From Tubulanus polymorphus (Eukaryota > Animalia > Nemertea), in NCBI RefSeq assembly GCF_964204645.1, contig NC_134029.1, positions 7,342,850 through 7,406,849 on the forward strand: a stretch of 64,000 nucleotides of DNA, read 5' to 3'. Below the pieces are notes generated by a model. The model was not told the DNA's origin. It did not search any database and was given only the letters and a program-made list of their open reading frames with translations. Of this stretch, positions 49,637 through 63,339 are shown piece after piece (the first letter of the stretch is position 1; every line of letters begins with the position of its first letter). The position numbers were made by a program, and so were the translations under genes.

Positions 49637-50839
49637 TTACAAGCAAGCTTTCTCGCATAGCCCCTTAGTATCGAAGTTATTGCCATTGCTTTTACATCCA
49701 CCGTATGTGAATAATTCACATTCGCCGGTTGCTGTGTTGAAGAAGTACTTCCTAAAAAAGGCTTTGCAGGGTCCAGTGAAACTTGGAAGATTACATTCTG
49801 AAAATCAAAATACACAATTTGCACGTGTTTCCATAAGAATCAATTGGATTATCATGCAGCGTAAACAATAGGGTTACATGAAAATATTCTATAGAGATTC
49901 GCATCGTTGTTTATAGGTCTGGAAACATGGGCGTCCCCAAGGGGGGTGCTGGGGTAGCTGACCACCCCCTTTTTGAGCTAACTTCTCAAGTTACTATGTA
50001 ATCAATGCTCAAGATTTTTCTTGCCAATTTGACTAGTCTTTTTACCTCTAAAGGATTCATTTAGAGCCTGGAAAACGTCTCTAAATCCTCCAATTGTCAA
50101 TAAGTTTTTTGTGGAAGGCCCACCAAACATCCGACATTGTGCATGAATACTGGATGGATGCTTATTCGAACCCCCTGTGAAAATTCCTGGGGACGCCTAT
50201 TAGAAATTTAAAATGCAAATCTATAGAACATTTCGTTGATTTTAATTCAAAAGCTAAAACTACAAGAAAATCAGCAGTGTCTAATTTTCTAATGCTCTTT
50301 TCAAATCCTGGACTGGAGTAACATATCTTGTGACGTCATAAATGTAAGAGTTGTCGAAAGGAAACAATACATTGTAACGGTATTCATGTACGTGGTACGT
50401 TGAAAAAATTAATTCTTGTAAAATTGCGTTACCTTCTTTTCTTGCTTCACATGCGACCTGAAAAGATATGCAATATGGATTAGACATTCGAAAATCTCGA
50501 ATAGGAATCAACTAATATTCTGTAGTAAGTCTAGTTAAGTTAAGTTAAGTCTACTTCACTTAAGTATCGTCTTGTTATCGCAACAAATAAGATGATAGGT
50601 CATCTCGTGAAACGGTTCCTTTCTCTCTCTCAAACTTTCAAAATAATCGAATCTTTTTTCAAAATCTGATAACGTTACTTTTTACGCATATCTATTTTTG
50701 TATATGAATATCAAAATTTCTAGCGAACTGGATTCATCTTTGATGAACGAACAGAGATTTTTTATCATAATTCTCTAATTCAAATAACTTTACTTACGAG
50801 AACAAACATTAATGCGAGGAGAGCTACTAATTTCGCCAT
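49637..50839 (-). CDS. Secreted single-domain Kunitz/BPTI-type peptide (protease inhibitor or toxin-like), 75-aa precursor
   Basis: Exons 50839-50798 (MAKLVALLALMFVL|gtaagt), 50457-50433 (VACEARKE+G|gtaacg) and 49797-49637 splice in frame to MAKLVALLALMFVLVACEA-RKEECNLPSFTGPCKAFFRKYFFNTATGECELFTYGGCKSNGNNFDTKGLCEKACL*. It has the six-Cys Kunitz spacing with GPC, FxYGGC and GNNF, and AATAAA about 10 nt after the stop. Confidence 0.9.
49927..50200. mobile_element. MITE in intron 2 of the Kunitz peptide gene
   Basis: Inverted ends ATGGGCGTCCCCA / TGGGGACGCCTAT. Confidence 0.6.
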
Positions 50840-51289
50840 GACTGTAGTATAAAGAGTGTGATTATCTGCGTTACGCGGGGGACTTATACACGTATATATC
50901 TTGTGTAAACAACCGGTTATCAAATTCTGGTTTTAATTTGCACAGTAAGTCGGCAAACACATTTTTTGAATTCTAAAACAGGCTGCACTCACGGGCCTTT
51001 TCACAGGGTAATTATGTACTCTAACGAAAATATGAATGGCAAAAATTGTCATCAATATAATGTGTATTCGACAACATAGACGAGAAATTATAAAGTCCGA
51101 AAATGTTTCCTTGAGCTGGTACTTTATTCAACGTTTGACTATATACTACGTCCTAGTCATCTTCAGGAATACTGAGATACAACAGAAATCGTGGTATTAC
51201 AAAATTTGATGGGAATAACCAAGTGTACTGTTTTAGTACACTCAGTTATAGTACACTCAGTTATTCGCAGTTGTCTCCGTGGATTCCAT

Positions 51290-51540
51290 GGTGCAAGAAA
51301 TGTTTTCTGCGCGTTTTCGTTATGCCATGTGCGTTGGACGTTTTTTTTCAAAACATCCTCTGGAAAAGTTTTGTGAAAAACGTGTTTTCTGTTTTGACGA
51401 AACAAATGTTATGTCGTGTGCGGCAGGCTTAGAACGTTTTGTGAAAAAACGTGTTTTCGTTTCGGCGTTTTGTGTATATCGAAAATGTTTTTCACAAGGA
51501 AAAACGTTTTTTTCGCTGCCGTGTGCGGCGGGCGGCTAAA
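51290..51540. mobile_element. Rearranged fragments of the 33667-33947 MITE family (two TIR ends in tandem)
   Basis: Shares TTTTGTGAAAAACGTG...AAACAAATGTTATG.CGTGTGCGGC.GGCTT and a second TGCCGTGTGCGGCGGGC. Confidence 0.7.
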
Positions 51541-53002
51541 TGATGCCCTATGGGCCGGGTCACTTTTGGATCATTTTTTAGCATTAACAGCGCTTTCGTG
51601 CGCCCGCCCTGGCATCACGTGACGTGACGTTTTTTCAAGATTCATATTGTGACCATTTCGTATACTTTATTAGAGGCCTACGTGATTGTTCGACATTGCA
51701 GCTCTTTAAGGTCTGGGTAAACCTTGATAGGAACACACGCACAGCTAAAATTTATTAAATCAGGAATTTTTGCATTTCAATTAGGGGTATACGACATTTC
51801 ATCCATGCTCAAATAAAATGATTACGAATCTAGAAGTTACTGTCTTCAGCGAATACTTTTATCAAGATAAACTGTTGGCCGAGTGACCATCCTATGATTT
51901 TACTTCTGAAGGTCTGACCTGAACTTGAACTCGAGGTGCCAAATAATGCAAAACGCGAAACTTTTCTTTTGTATTTACAAAAAAAATGTATTTTATTTCA
52001 CATCTTTCCATGAACACCATCGCAACTTACAAACAAGGGCCCGGTTCCACTGGGGCGAGTTCGAGTTATAGCTCAGAGAGAGTAAAAATCAGTTCATTTA
52101 CAACGTTTTAACTCTACAGAGTCAAATCTAAACTCAAAACTGTGGAACTCTGGATCAAGATCGATAAACAATGTAACTGCAACTATCGACCAAGCTGTTT
52201 CCATTACAAGAACCAGATGGCGAGTCTTTCATTCTAACGATTTGTATCCTAATTCCACAAAAATTTGGAATGAAAAACCGTAGCTCGGGTTAGTGAACCC
52301 CCGATATACTGCCCTCCCATATACCGCCACCCCCGCCTACCGCCAGGCTTTCTCAATGTACATCTCTATACAAATACATAGTAAAACACCCCCTTTATGC
52401 CGCCATACTCTCTAAACCGCCAAAATCGTTCTGCACCGATGTGGGCGGTATATCGGGGGTTGACTGTACCATAGTAACCAGGTTTACATTCTACATAAGG
52501 TAAGACTGGACGTAAACAAGGTCCGACTGAAATTTCGGTTTAATCGCTAATGGTTACCTCGTGTTTTCAATAAATGCACGAATTTGAAACTCAAACCGAT
52601 TCGGCGAGTAACCTCCCAAAAGCTCCCACGATAATCATAAGATATAAGCCCCACAATCAGCCTCGAAACCCGCGTTTTCCCTAAAGAATGCTGTAAATGT
52701 ATAAGGCGATGTATACATATAATTCGAGCTGGCAGGTAATCGGAGTATTTTTCAGTGAATCGGAGAAAGAGTAAACAATTCTGTCGCGTAAAAATCGTTA
52801 CAATATTTAATCTAGCCGTCAAAAAAGACAAATCGACACGCAACACTCGCCTTATCGCACGGTAAACAAGAGAATCTGATGATTAGCATCTGGAAAGATT
52901 TACACCGGACTGTGTATTCACGAACATGTTTCACAAAGCTTAATCGGGCGATACAAAAAAAAGTCGAGTATCGTCACGATTGAAATTTACAGCGATGAAA
53001 TA

Positions 53003-53480
53003 CAGTAGAACTCGCTTAAGATTTTTTGATCCGGATTTTCACTCGATACGAATGAAATATTTGATCCATTCAATCCGGAACAACCCTGTTAACTATTATT
53101 CATAATTAGGAGAAATCTGGCAAGTCCCTAGTCATTCAAATGAGGTACCGGCAACTGTACTGTGGCAAGCGAGGATTCCACTTATGACGGTTGCGGATCC
53201 GTCAGTGGTTATTCGGTTACCGCGGTTCAATCTTTTCCACATTTCGATTAAATTCGAATCAACTTTTCTCATCGGCGAATCTTTTCTCAGTAAAACTATA
53301 CCCGCACACTCATCGGGACACGTGAATCTTATATCAAATTTATGACCTGTTTTGACAAAAGCTCCATTCGGGAGCCTAAAAATCCAGTTCAAAGGAAAAT
53401 GAACTAATTTTCACTATCTATTACTGAGTGCATTGTTGCGCCATCTGGTGTACCGCTACCCCAATCAGTGAGTTCTACTG
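53003..53480. mobile_element. Tc1/mariner-pogo-type MITE
   Basis: TA|CAGTAGAACTC ... GAGTTCTACTG|TA. Confidence 0.7.
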
Positions 53481-54558
53481 TATCAATCAAATTTCTGCAT
53501 TTCTACGAGTTGTATACATCACATAGACCGCTCGGTATTATGGCACCCCTCATTCATGAATATTTATCAACATTTCAATAATCCCCAATCTCACATATAA
53601 TATTCTTCTAACCAACAAAATTAGGAATGAGAAACACACTAAGGAATGAAAATATACACACTAATTTTTCACAAACTGCTATTAACAAACAATACATTTT
53701 TCAGTTTTCTGGAAGGCAATTATATTCATATTCATCATTTAATAGTTTTCAATACAAATACAAATGGACACATGATAGTCAGCCATTTTGTTTCGATATA
53801 TTTACACAAACGAATCTATACTTTAAGTTCTGTACAATAATTTCTTCTATATGTTCTCCGCTAAAAATATCATAAACTCGAAATGCTCAGATTGTTTTTA
53901 ATACTTTCCGTTCAACAAAACCGAGAATTGTAGATTTAATATTTCGTATACAGTATCTTAATACAAATGATTGTAAAATATATACACATCGAGGCTCAGC
54001 AACCCCGCTTTAAGAGCAGGTTTTCTCTCACTCTTACTCAAAGGAATAGATTCTATCAATTTTGCTTCTCATTCATAACGCCTAGTCTGCTCTGGTATCT
54101 GGGTCAGCAACTGCCATTCATGAAATTGTGAGATTTTTTCTGAACAGCAGTGTTCTGCTGTGAAAACCATTTTTGACATTGTAAATATAGTTAACTTTGT
54201 TATTGACTGAATCATCTCTCATATCTAAAATGGCATCATTCATTGGCATTATAGACGGGGAAGATCTTTCAGTCAATATCGACAAATATCGTGTACCGCT
54301 GAATCTACGGTATATTACAGAGTAATAAATGGGCAACGAGCTAACCTCTGAAAACGTCAGCACATTTTTTTCGTGTATACCGTCTACTAAAACAGGGCAG
54401 AGGTACGAAACCTGCGCGGGGAGGATAGAGAACACAGATCTGACAAACTAAAAATAGTTTTACAGCAAAAACTAAACACACACGAAGTGGAAAGCCCGTG
54501 GAAGATCACAGTTATTATACAGATATTTGGTTTTTAACGTACGAAACGATCGGGCGTC

Positions 54559-57500
54559 TCATCTCAGTAGGAATTTCAACTGATGCGTTATCTCCGAATC
54601 GACTAACGACATCTGATGCTGAAAGTTCTGCGCGCCGAACACTTGTTGACATTGAGCTAGTTGCGAATTGACGAAATCCTTCATCGATATTGAATGTACA
54701 GGATCATGCAGGTTTACCTGAAATATCATATCATATACTGCTATATGTTGATGAATACCACTTCATTGGGATCTGATTCAGACATACGAGAAGCTTATGT
54801 ATTTCGTACCTGTCTTTTTCGTTTGTCATGTTCAGTATCGGATTCATCTTCTTGTAGATCCTCTTCGCTGAACACCAAACAACTGAAAGGTCGCAAGAAA
54901 AGACACTTCTACAAAACCTTGATTACCAGGGCAATCAACATATGAACATGTTAATTCTAACATGGTGTCAAAACCCACAATGAAAAACCAATAAGCTTGA
55001 AAACATCAGAAGATTCATTAAGAACTCTGAATCTATCTATATTTAGTACAGCACTTTTCAAGTAAAATTCTAACCCATTCTATGGAGGAAATCCACTGAC
55101 ACTGACAGCTCAGAAGCAATTCGAAATGACTTACTCGATATGAGAACTGGAATCTTCATCCGACAGACGACAAACATCGTGTAATATCTCCACACATAGA
55201 TTTACATTCGCTCCGAATTTCTCAACAACGACGCTAAAATACATTAGATCAAACACTTTACTTCTGTTTATAATAAATACATAATGGGTGATATCTCTCT
55301 CCATGCACTTAAAGATACGATTCTTGATACGGATTCTTATTCATTGCAGTCATTATTTACTTTTATGTACCCGGTACTTAAATAAATACTCTTAACTGAA
55401 TACCTGTTATTGCAAGGGAGCAGAGAAGCGCAAGCGAGGCCGACTAATTTTCTGCGTTCTGGTTGAGTGATATTGTCGATTCGTTCGTATACCATATCCA
55501 ACAATGAACCGAGCACCTGATGAGTCTAGAACAGACGATAAAATAAACATGCACGCTGACACTTACAAATAAACCAAGAAATCGAACGCAAATCTTGTTA
55601 GATGCTTGTTATAAAAAGACAAACCCGAAGGAAGAAAATTCTTCTCTTATCAAGCCATAACAGTAACTTCATTATACTGCCTTAATTCACGTGAAGCATT
55701 TAACTTTATGTCTATTTTGGATATGCTTGAATGTTGTAGGAATAAATCTGAAATAAAATGCCCGTACATATATACTCACATCGGCCTGTATTTCCCTTGA
55801 AAACTCATCGATGAATAACCAGAAGAATTCGCTATTTTGAAGAATAATTCTCGATACGATGGATAAATACGCCGCCATTAGCACCGGGTAGGACTGAAGA
55901 AAGGAAACATTCATCATTTAAAAACAATTTCGGAAGAACGGTTACAAAGATTTTCTCCATTAAATGAATTGAATATGGAACACTAAATGCTGTAATCGTT
56001 TGTAGACATTTCAAGCAGCTATTTGCACATATTCACAAGTACATCATCGCTAAGCAATAGACAAAATCTTTAAGGTGTAACTACCTCTGGGCTCAGGTCT
56101 GAGTTTATAGACAGGTATGGTAAGACAACCAAACCCATCAGATACATTCATTTACTGATTTTTGATGGTAAAACATATCTCAAGAACAATGTGCATTTAT
56201 AATATTATTCATCCCTTGGACCGTGTGAGTGTTTGTCAACATCATGCGGTTCTGATGATAATAAAGCCCAATCAAAGAAACAGCAATGGAAGTTATTGCG
56301 AGATTAACCCAATTGAAATTTACTTCGGACACAAATCATAGCTGTGTTTCACAGTGTTTTCTCAATTCTAGTTAAATATAACAGCCATTCTGATTGGCTG
56401 CACAGTTTTAAACGGGGTAGCTGTAAAAATATGCAACACCACTCTTGAAAGACTTCCCGTGCAAAATAAGATGATACTCGTACCTCTCCTTGAAGGATAT
56501 TCTTCACAATTCCGGGCAACATTGATTTGAATATCTGAGCACCTTCTACAGGGAATATTCGAAGTACCAACTCAACAACCTATAAAACATATTCACATAT
56601 TTCGAACCCGGTTTTTTCTATAGGTTTCTACGAAATCAATTCTAACTCTGCAATTGTTCGGCACAAACCTTCATCACCATTGCGATTCCCTCGACCCTCA
56701 TGTCGCTGATCAGCGACGATATCGATGTGACCAACGACGTTGAATAATCTTGTAGAAATTCTTTCGGCGCCAAAAACAAATAGCTTTCGATAATCTTGAG
56801 ACAGGTGTGAAGATGCTCAGTACCTAAATCTATATGTAAAAGGATATCTCAATTATCAGTGACAGCCCTTATTCTACCGTACATCATATTGTCGAAAGTG
56901 AGTTGATATAAGTCTTTCTATAAATCATTTCACTGTACCTAGTAATGCTGGCATATTTTTGTAAAGAGCTAACAGTCCTGGAGTGATAATGGGCGAGTTG
57001 TGTAAAGTAGTACGCCATAATTCCAAACCATCCTCCATCAAATAGATATGAGGCTCTTGTGTAACGTCCGTACTGAGTTGAATACCGGGAAACAGGAAAT
57101 TATAGGCGTTCACGCATAACGTGCCCAATCCCTGAAATTCGTTAACAAGAAATGGATGCTTTAGAAGCTGTGCACTGATGAATCGATGATGTTAGTTATG
57201 CCACATCTTGACAAATATCTTCTAATTTAGCATTGTCTTCTGTATATAAATATTGGTAGTAGTCATACATTCCACGATAACAAGATCATTTGTACTGCTA
57301 GGAGCCCAGAGAGGTGGGATCAAATAATTTCTTCATTAAAAATCAACTAGCAAATGCGCTACAATCGTCAGACATTTCATTGCCTGCCCCAATTTCAGAA
57401 GTGATCAAAACTTCACACTTCAATGAAGAATAATATCTAATGGGGGTCGGTTATAGCCTACAGAATGATATCTGCACGAGAGGCCATAGGGATGCCATTT

Positions 57501-60500
57501 ATGAAACATTAGGACAGACATGTGAATAATACCTGAACTAAATTCACTAGCGTACTGAGTATAGCACATCTCAACATATTGTGTTCAGCCGCCGCATCCC
57601 AGAGCATCGGTAGATAACGCAGAAGGTGCTCGGCGTGAGGTTTTATCTCCTTATCGGCGCGTTGAATTATGAAAGACATCACGTGCAGTATCTGCATTTT
57701 AGTTTCGCACTCGACGACCTCCTTCAGCAAGTTGAACAGCAAACTAAAACTGCTCTCCAAATACTGTAACGATAAAACGCAGTAGTTTTATTTCCTTGCA
57801 TTTTACAATTCAAGAATGTCTCAAGAAGCATGTATAATGTAACATATTGGGCCTAGTTTCATGAACAATTTAACTCATATCGTACTTCATTTGTCATTCG
57901 ATTCTTTACCAGCGTTAGTCACATTTTCCTTAAGTGCAAACGTTGCAAGCTTAAATATTCACTTTAAGTTAGAATGATAAAAACTTATTTTTCATGCTTA
58001 TATGCTTTTTCAAAGATTTTTACCCCATGATTGAAACCATTTAAAAATTTTTTAACATTTTTACCCCATGATTGAAACAACTTTTAAAGCAGCTAAGCTC
58101 TAACTTTTGAGTAAAATTGAGACCCCACGATGCTATCGCTACTTACTGGCAGAAATGAATCGATTGAAAACTCAAAATCATCGATTGGTAATATGTTGTC
58201 AAGGAATCATAAACACCGTAATACTCCGACATGCGCAAGTATCGATAATAGCACTTTCCTATGTTGAACTGATTTTTCAACTAACTGACGTAAACGGAAT
58301 ACTGACTAGTTAAAAGGATATCAAGTCGTAGAGTATTGGCAGCTTGTATATGTACTACACGATCTTCCCCATCTTTTAACAACTCAAGAATATTCTCGTA
58401 CAACAACGGACGAAGATTTGGCGCTAATTTCACGTTAATCCATTCGCCGATCAACCAGATCACACGCCTTCGAATCAAACGATTCCTGAAAATCATATCA
58501 AATAAACTGGTTTACGATTACTATAAAACTGAATAAGAATGATATGTAACAACTAGTGATTGGTCTGTAATATAGGCCTAGATTGGATTAACCCTTTCAG
58601 TGCATCTACACCGCATTGCGGTGTACGAATCAGTGATGGATTTTGCTAGTACTGAGTATATTGTGTATAGTGTATTTATTTAATTAGTAATTACTAATTA
58701 TCTCTCTTGAAAGATGGCAGCTCCTGTCAAACATAGTGAAATATTAGCAACTAACGATATACCGCGCCAGGGTGTAGACGCACTATAGTGCTATTCCCGT
58801 TATTCAACACACTAGGGTGGAAGCGGGCAGTGAGTGGCAGGTATAATGACGTAACACTTCACAACGAGTCGCGAATGAAGAGATAAAATATGAGTCCCAC
58901 AATCACGAAGTGGATTAAGTTAAAATATGGAAACATGAAAATCTACTTTCAAAAATAAATTTCAACGTTTTCGTGCTTTAACTTTTTGGCTTCATGATTG
59001 TGGGACTTATATCTAGAGGTAGGTAAAGATCAGTAGTGCTTAACTGCTTAAGGCTAATTAGGGTAGTGGTACCGGTACTGCCAAAAATAGTGCTACCTAC
59101 AGCAAAGTCAAAGATATTGTGGCCTAGGTTAGATAGACTATGCACGATTACAAACTACCTTCATTGTTAATAACACATTTCAATGATGGCAACTGGGGAA
59201 ACCTAGCCAAACTAGCAATGCATTGGATGCCGAGATTTCCAAAAAATCATTACAACTATAACAACTTACATCGGGCCTGCCTGGTGAAGTTCTGGTATTA
59301 GCTTAGACGTGAACCATTCGTCAAAATTAATCTCATCAAACAGATCATAGGATGCCAAACCAACAGCATTATATACTACAAAACAAACAACTTTTATTCA
59401 AAAACGCTGCTAATGGCCATGTATTCGGAATTAGTCTCTTAAGTGTGATTTCTTCCACCAATCATAATCAAATCATTTAATGAGAACCCTACCAGCTATG
59501 CCGCTAGATGGCATCCGTATCAAAAGGACAACTCAAAATTTCATTCATTTATAATCAACTTTCATCTACATTTTTAGCTTTCCACATCAGAAATTAGCCC
59601 CATATCATGTCTATTGATAGACTTGATTGAAGATTAGGGTTTATAGATAGCGTGAATTTTATTCATCACTCATACAATTTGAGAAATTATGGATAGATTA
59701 TACGTAATCGAATTAGAGAAGAAATCCGGCGTTGTTGTCCGAATGCACATTAGTGGGGCATCCTTGCCTGTCACAAGCAGAATCCTAGATCGCATAGCCT
59801 AATGTTCAGGCTTCTTTCAGAGAATGAAAAATGCCAGCGAATTAACAGTAAAGTAATACCAACCAGCATCTTTACGCAATAGAATAGTGAGGTCTTCACT
59901 ATTGGCGACATCATTAATCTCATGCACCATAGACATAACCACCGGCGTCAATATCTCGCGATATTCTTTAAATAATGTTAGATAAAATACTTCAGTGCAC
60001 GGCTGAAAAATGAACAGTTAACTATAAGACTCTTTACGGCAAATAGCAATAGAATACCGCACCTGGTTGTAGATCATTTCGACATTAACTATGGGGATAT
60101 TCCTCAAAAAGCTGATAAGTTTTTTTTATAAATGTTCAAATAGCCTTGTTTGTGAACTTACTCGTAAACTGTATTTCCAAGAATCTCCAGTTTCAGCTGA
60201 AACTAAACACAAAATGGAACCTTTAATAGTTACTTACATTGTTTGAGGCAAAAGGATCTAAACATTTCAGATTTTCAGTCACCATAGTCGTAAGACCCTA
60301 GGTTTAGGCGATTTACTATATCGCAACATTTTACACACGCAATCATAAAACTGGCCCACGAAGTTTGGCGAGTAAAGATATCTATACAAATTCTCATTTA
60401 CCGAAATCTTCTGGATTGCTGTCCCATTCCGCAAGATCATCCATCGTATAGAGAAAATATTGGTTGACTAGTATGTGACAAATCTCTTTCAGAACGTCGG

Positions 60501-63339
60501 GAGTGAAAAACTCCTGCTTGATCTTGATCACTTGTATCCTCGCGGGGTTTTGAACTTCTGCAATTCGAAGCGATAAACTGTTAACAAACAAGATCTACAG
60601 CTCTCGAAGAACGCAGGTTCAACTACAATACGCTTGAGGCAAATTTTAGAATAACTACAGGAGTGGATACAGGGGGACCTTGTCAACTATGGCCTTCCAG
60701 AGAAATGAGGCCAAAAAAATTCATTAATGTACTGCACCTTCTATTGGTTTTGAAGTACGGTATTTATCACAGCGGATTATGTTTTTCATCAACACAAAAA
60801 AGTTAACATGCAATCTCTCCGATAACAGATCTGTAAAAAGAATATGAAATCATTAAACTAATTTTTCATCCATCAAGCCTTGCTTAGATTATTCGAAGTA
60901 ATGTGAAATTTCAGACGCAGCCCGCAAATTTATACCTTTTCCGCGATTAGTAAAATTGTACTGTACGATCAAGTCGAGCGTTGGCTGTAGATAGTGGATG
61001 AAAGACAGAGGGTGATATTCCTGGGCATCAAGCAGCTGAAAATGGAGGTCGAGTTAAAACAATATTGGGTAAACACAAATGCTGGTCCCCACTGTACCGA
61101 TTTAGGCGTAGCTTTCAGTTCATTTCTAATTGCCTATTTCACAAAATTGAAAGAGTTTTGGGCATTCTGCTCAAATTAAATTGAGTTTCAAGCACCTTTA
61201 AAAGCATTTTCTGTTTTGGAGTTTTTCAGGAATCAAGGAGGGACCCTGTGTTCAGCATACTAGATATACCAACCCAAAAATTTTGAACATGTAAGAGAGA
61301 ATATGAACTTATTTTGTTGATAGAAATGAATCCATTACTATTTACTCTGAGAACTAAGTGAGAACAACTACATACCAACTTAGTTAATGTAACCAAACAT
61401 TTTTCGCGTTGTTCAACCAGCATTTCATTAATCTGTGACATCTGATTTTCTACAAATTCATAATGGCAAAAAGAAATTCATTCAATTTTTCGAAACGAAC
61501 TCAACGTCGATTTTAATGCTTGACACAGAGACTACTCACTCGCTTCGAGAATGACTCTGCACCTTTCTAATAATAACCGAATGAAGTTCATAGGATCTTC
61601 GAAGTGACCCGGTTCTCGGAAACCAAAGACGTACAGCTTTCTCAAAACTGAAACAAAGCAAACAAGGTTGTTTATGACTGATAGTACACTCAGGATTTGT
61701 AAATACGACCAAAGTGCAACAAGTTAACTCAAATTCATAAGAATCTGCAAGATTCAATCGTGAAAATTTCTGCAAAAGAATTGTTCGTACCTTTTAAAGC
61801 TAATAAACTACGGTCCATGTATCGCGTCATGGCTTGAACATCACAACTGGTGCCTCCTGACTGCATCATGTGAAAATAGTGCGTTAACTGATTGTCCCAT
61901 AGTTTCATAACGAATCCGAATGTATTCCCAGCTAACTGTAAAATATATGATAACATATATACTGGTTGTGAAGAGGGTGTTTTGCCAGTGAAAAGAAATC
62001 TGTAAGATCCAGGGTTGTCCACATTAATTCAGCATATGTTTGATAATCAATTCAGGTGGTTATAAAAATATCTCCGTTACATCCGAAATACAAGGATGGA
62101 TTGAGGATTATTTCAAGGGGTGGACCCCTATAATTTAATTTTTCACCTTACTTGAAAAGGGCAGACTTGGCCGTGCAAGTGTTGCAGATCATCATAGGGG
62201 GTATGTGGGCCCATCTCCAGGAAACATTTGAAAATCGAGGGTTCATATCAGGGCATCTGGATTTATTTTTCATTTTTTTGGTTAAATTTTCTTAGCTGAA
62301 TTTTTGTAGGATTTTGAAGGGGGTGGATGGAATTCCTTTACTGACCTCTTCAAACAGTTTTCTGTCGGTGACGAGGCGTTTCGAAGCTAACGTTTTGATG
62401 ACGTGATAAAAAGTGAGCAGAGCTCGTTGTTGTAGCAGAGCATCGTCGATTTGCACGGCATCGAGTAGAACGGGGATCAATTCCGTCCAGTTTCGCGGAC
62501 AGTCGACGCGAGCGATCTTACCGATCAAAACGGACAACTGAGTGGCAATCTGCAACGGATTAAAATTAGGCCGTCAGGTTCAAATCCGAGGGACAATGTC
62601 ACTCTGCAGGATAACAATAGGCGTAACAAATTTGTCACTCACTTGATTCACCGGTTCGTTAAAATTCGTGATCAACTGTTGACGTAAAAGAATTTTCTCA
62701 GCTTCAGATATCGCACTGAAAAATGTAAGTGATGGTTTAAAATTTTGGTTTTTTTTATACAGAGAAACTCATGAACTTTATACAACAGAAAAATTCAATT
62801 GAATCTGACCTCCTGATAAATAACCATGTACTTAAATACAATTTTAGTTGTCACCATGACAGTTATCCAACAATTAATTGTAACCAATTTTTGAGCAACT
62901 TTTAATGCTAACACTGATCTGTAAAACTAGATGAGACAAACATTTGGACAATTAATTTTCTTACTTCGGGGCATTTTTTCGCCAGTATCGATCGACTCCA
63001 TTTTTGAAATATAACACGGCTAGCCATCGAACGTTCACATCAATCGAATGATTGGAAAATATTGACTGAAAAATACATTTTTGTTATGAATACACATAGC
63101 TGATATGGCAAGAATTTTTCCATTTTCATTTTAAATTGTGAAACTTTTTCGATTTGAAAACACTGTTAAGATGGTAGACCTAGTCAAGAAACTACTCTTA
63201 CCGCTAAAATGCTATAAAATCCCGGCTTAGTTTCCCATTCTTTGAGCTGAGCCTCTGCAGGTTTAAGCACTTCAGTGCTTTGGCTACAGGCTCTCTGTAA
63301 TGTGTCGAGGACCACAGGTCCCGCAGTCTCAGCATTCAT
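54559..63339 (-). CDS. IPO11: Importin-11 (RanBP11)
   Basis: About 24 coding exons from 63339-63202 (MNAETAGPVVLDTLQRACSQ...WETKPGF) to 54717-54559. Recognisable segments: VRWLAVLYFKNGVDRYWRK, IATQLSVLIGKIARVDCPRNW, TLASKRL, WKYSLRPCTE, IDDFEF, HNMLRCAILSTL, YLMEDGLELW, HDPVHS. Confidence 0.93.
58188..58321 (-). other. U12-type (minor spliceosome) AT-AC intron in IPO11
   Basis: The minus-strand intron starts ATATCCTTTT, has branch site TTCCTTGAC (58206-58198) and ends ...TATTAC. Splicing gives in-frame NTLRL-A-IDDFEFSIDSFLP. Confidence 0.92.

Noticed and set aside
50281-50511. 76-aa ORF in the track
   Set aside because: Only the 25-nt segment 50457-50433 is supported as an exon; the rest is intron read-through.
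56838-56847. Second ATATCCTTTT (U12 donor-like) on the minus strand in IPO11
   Set aside because: It lies in the pyrimidine tract just before a normal AG acceptor of a GT-AG intron (56938-56830), and the flanking exons join in frame without it.
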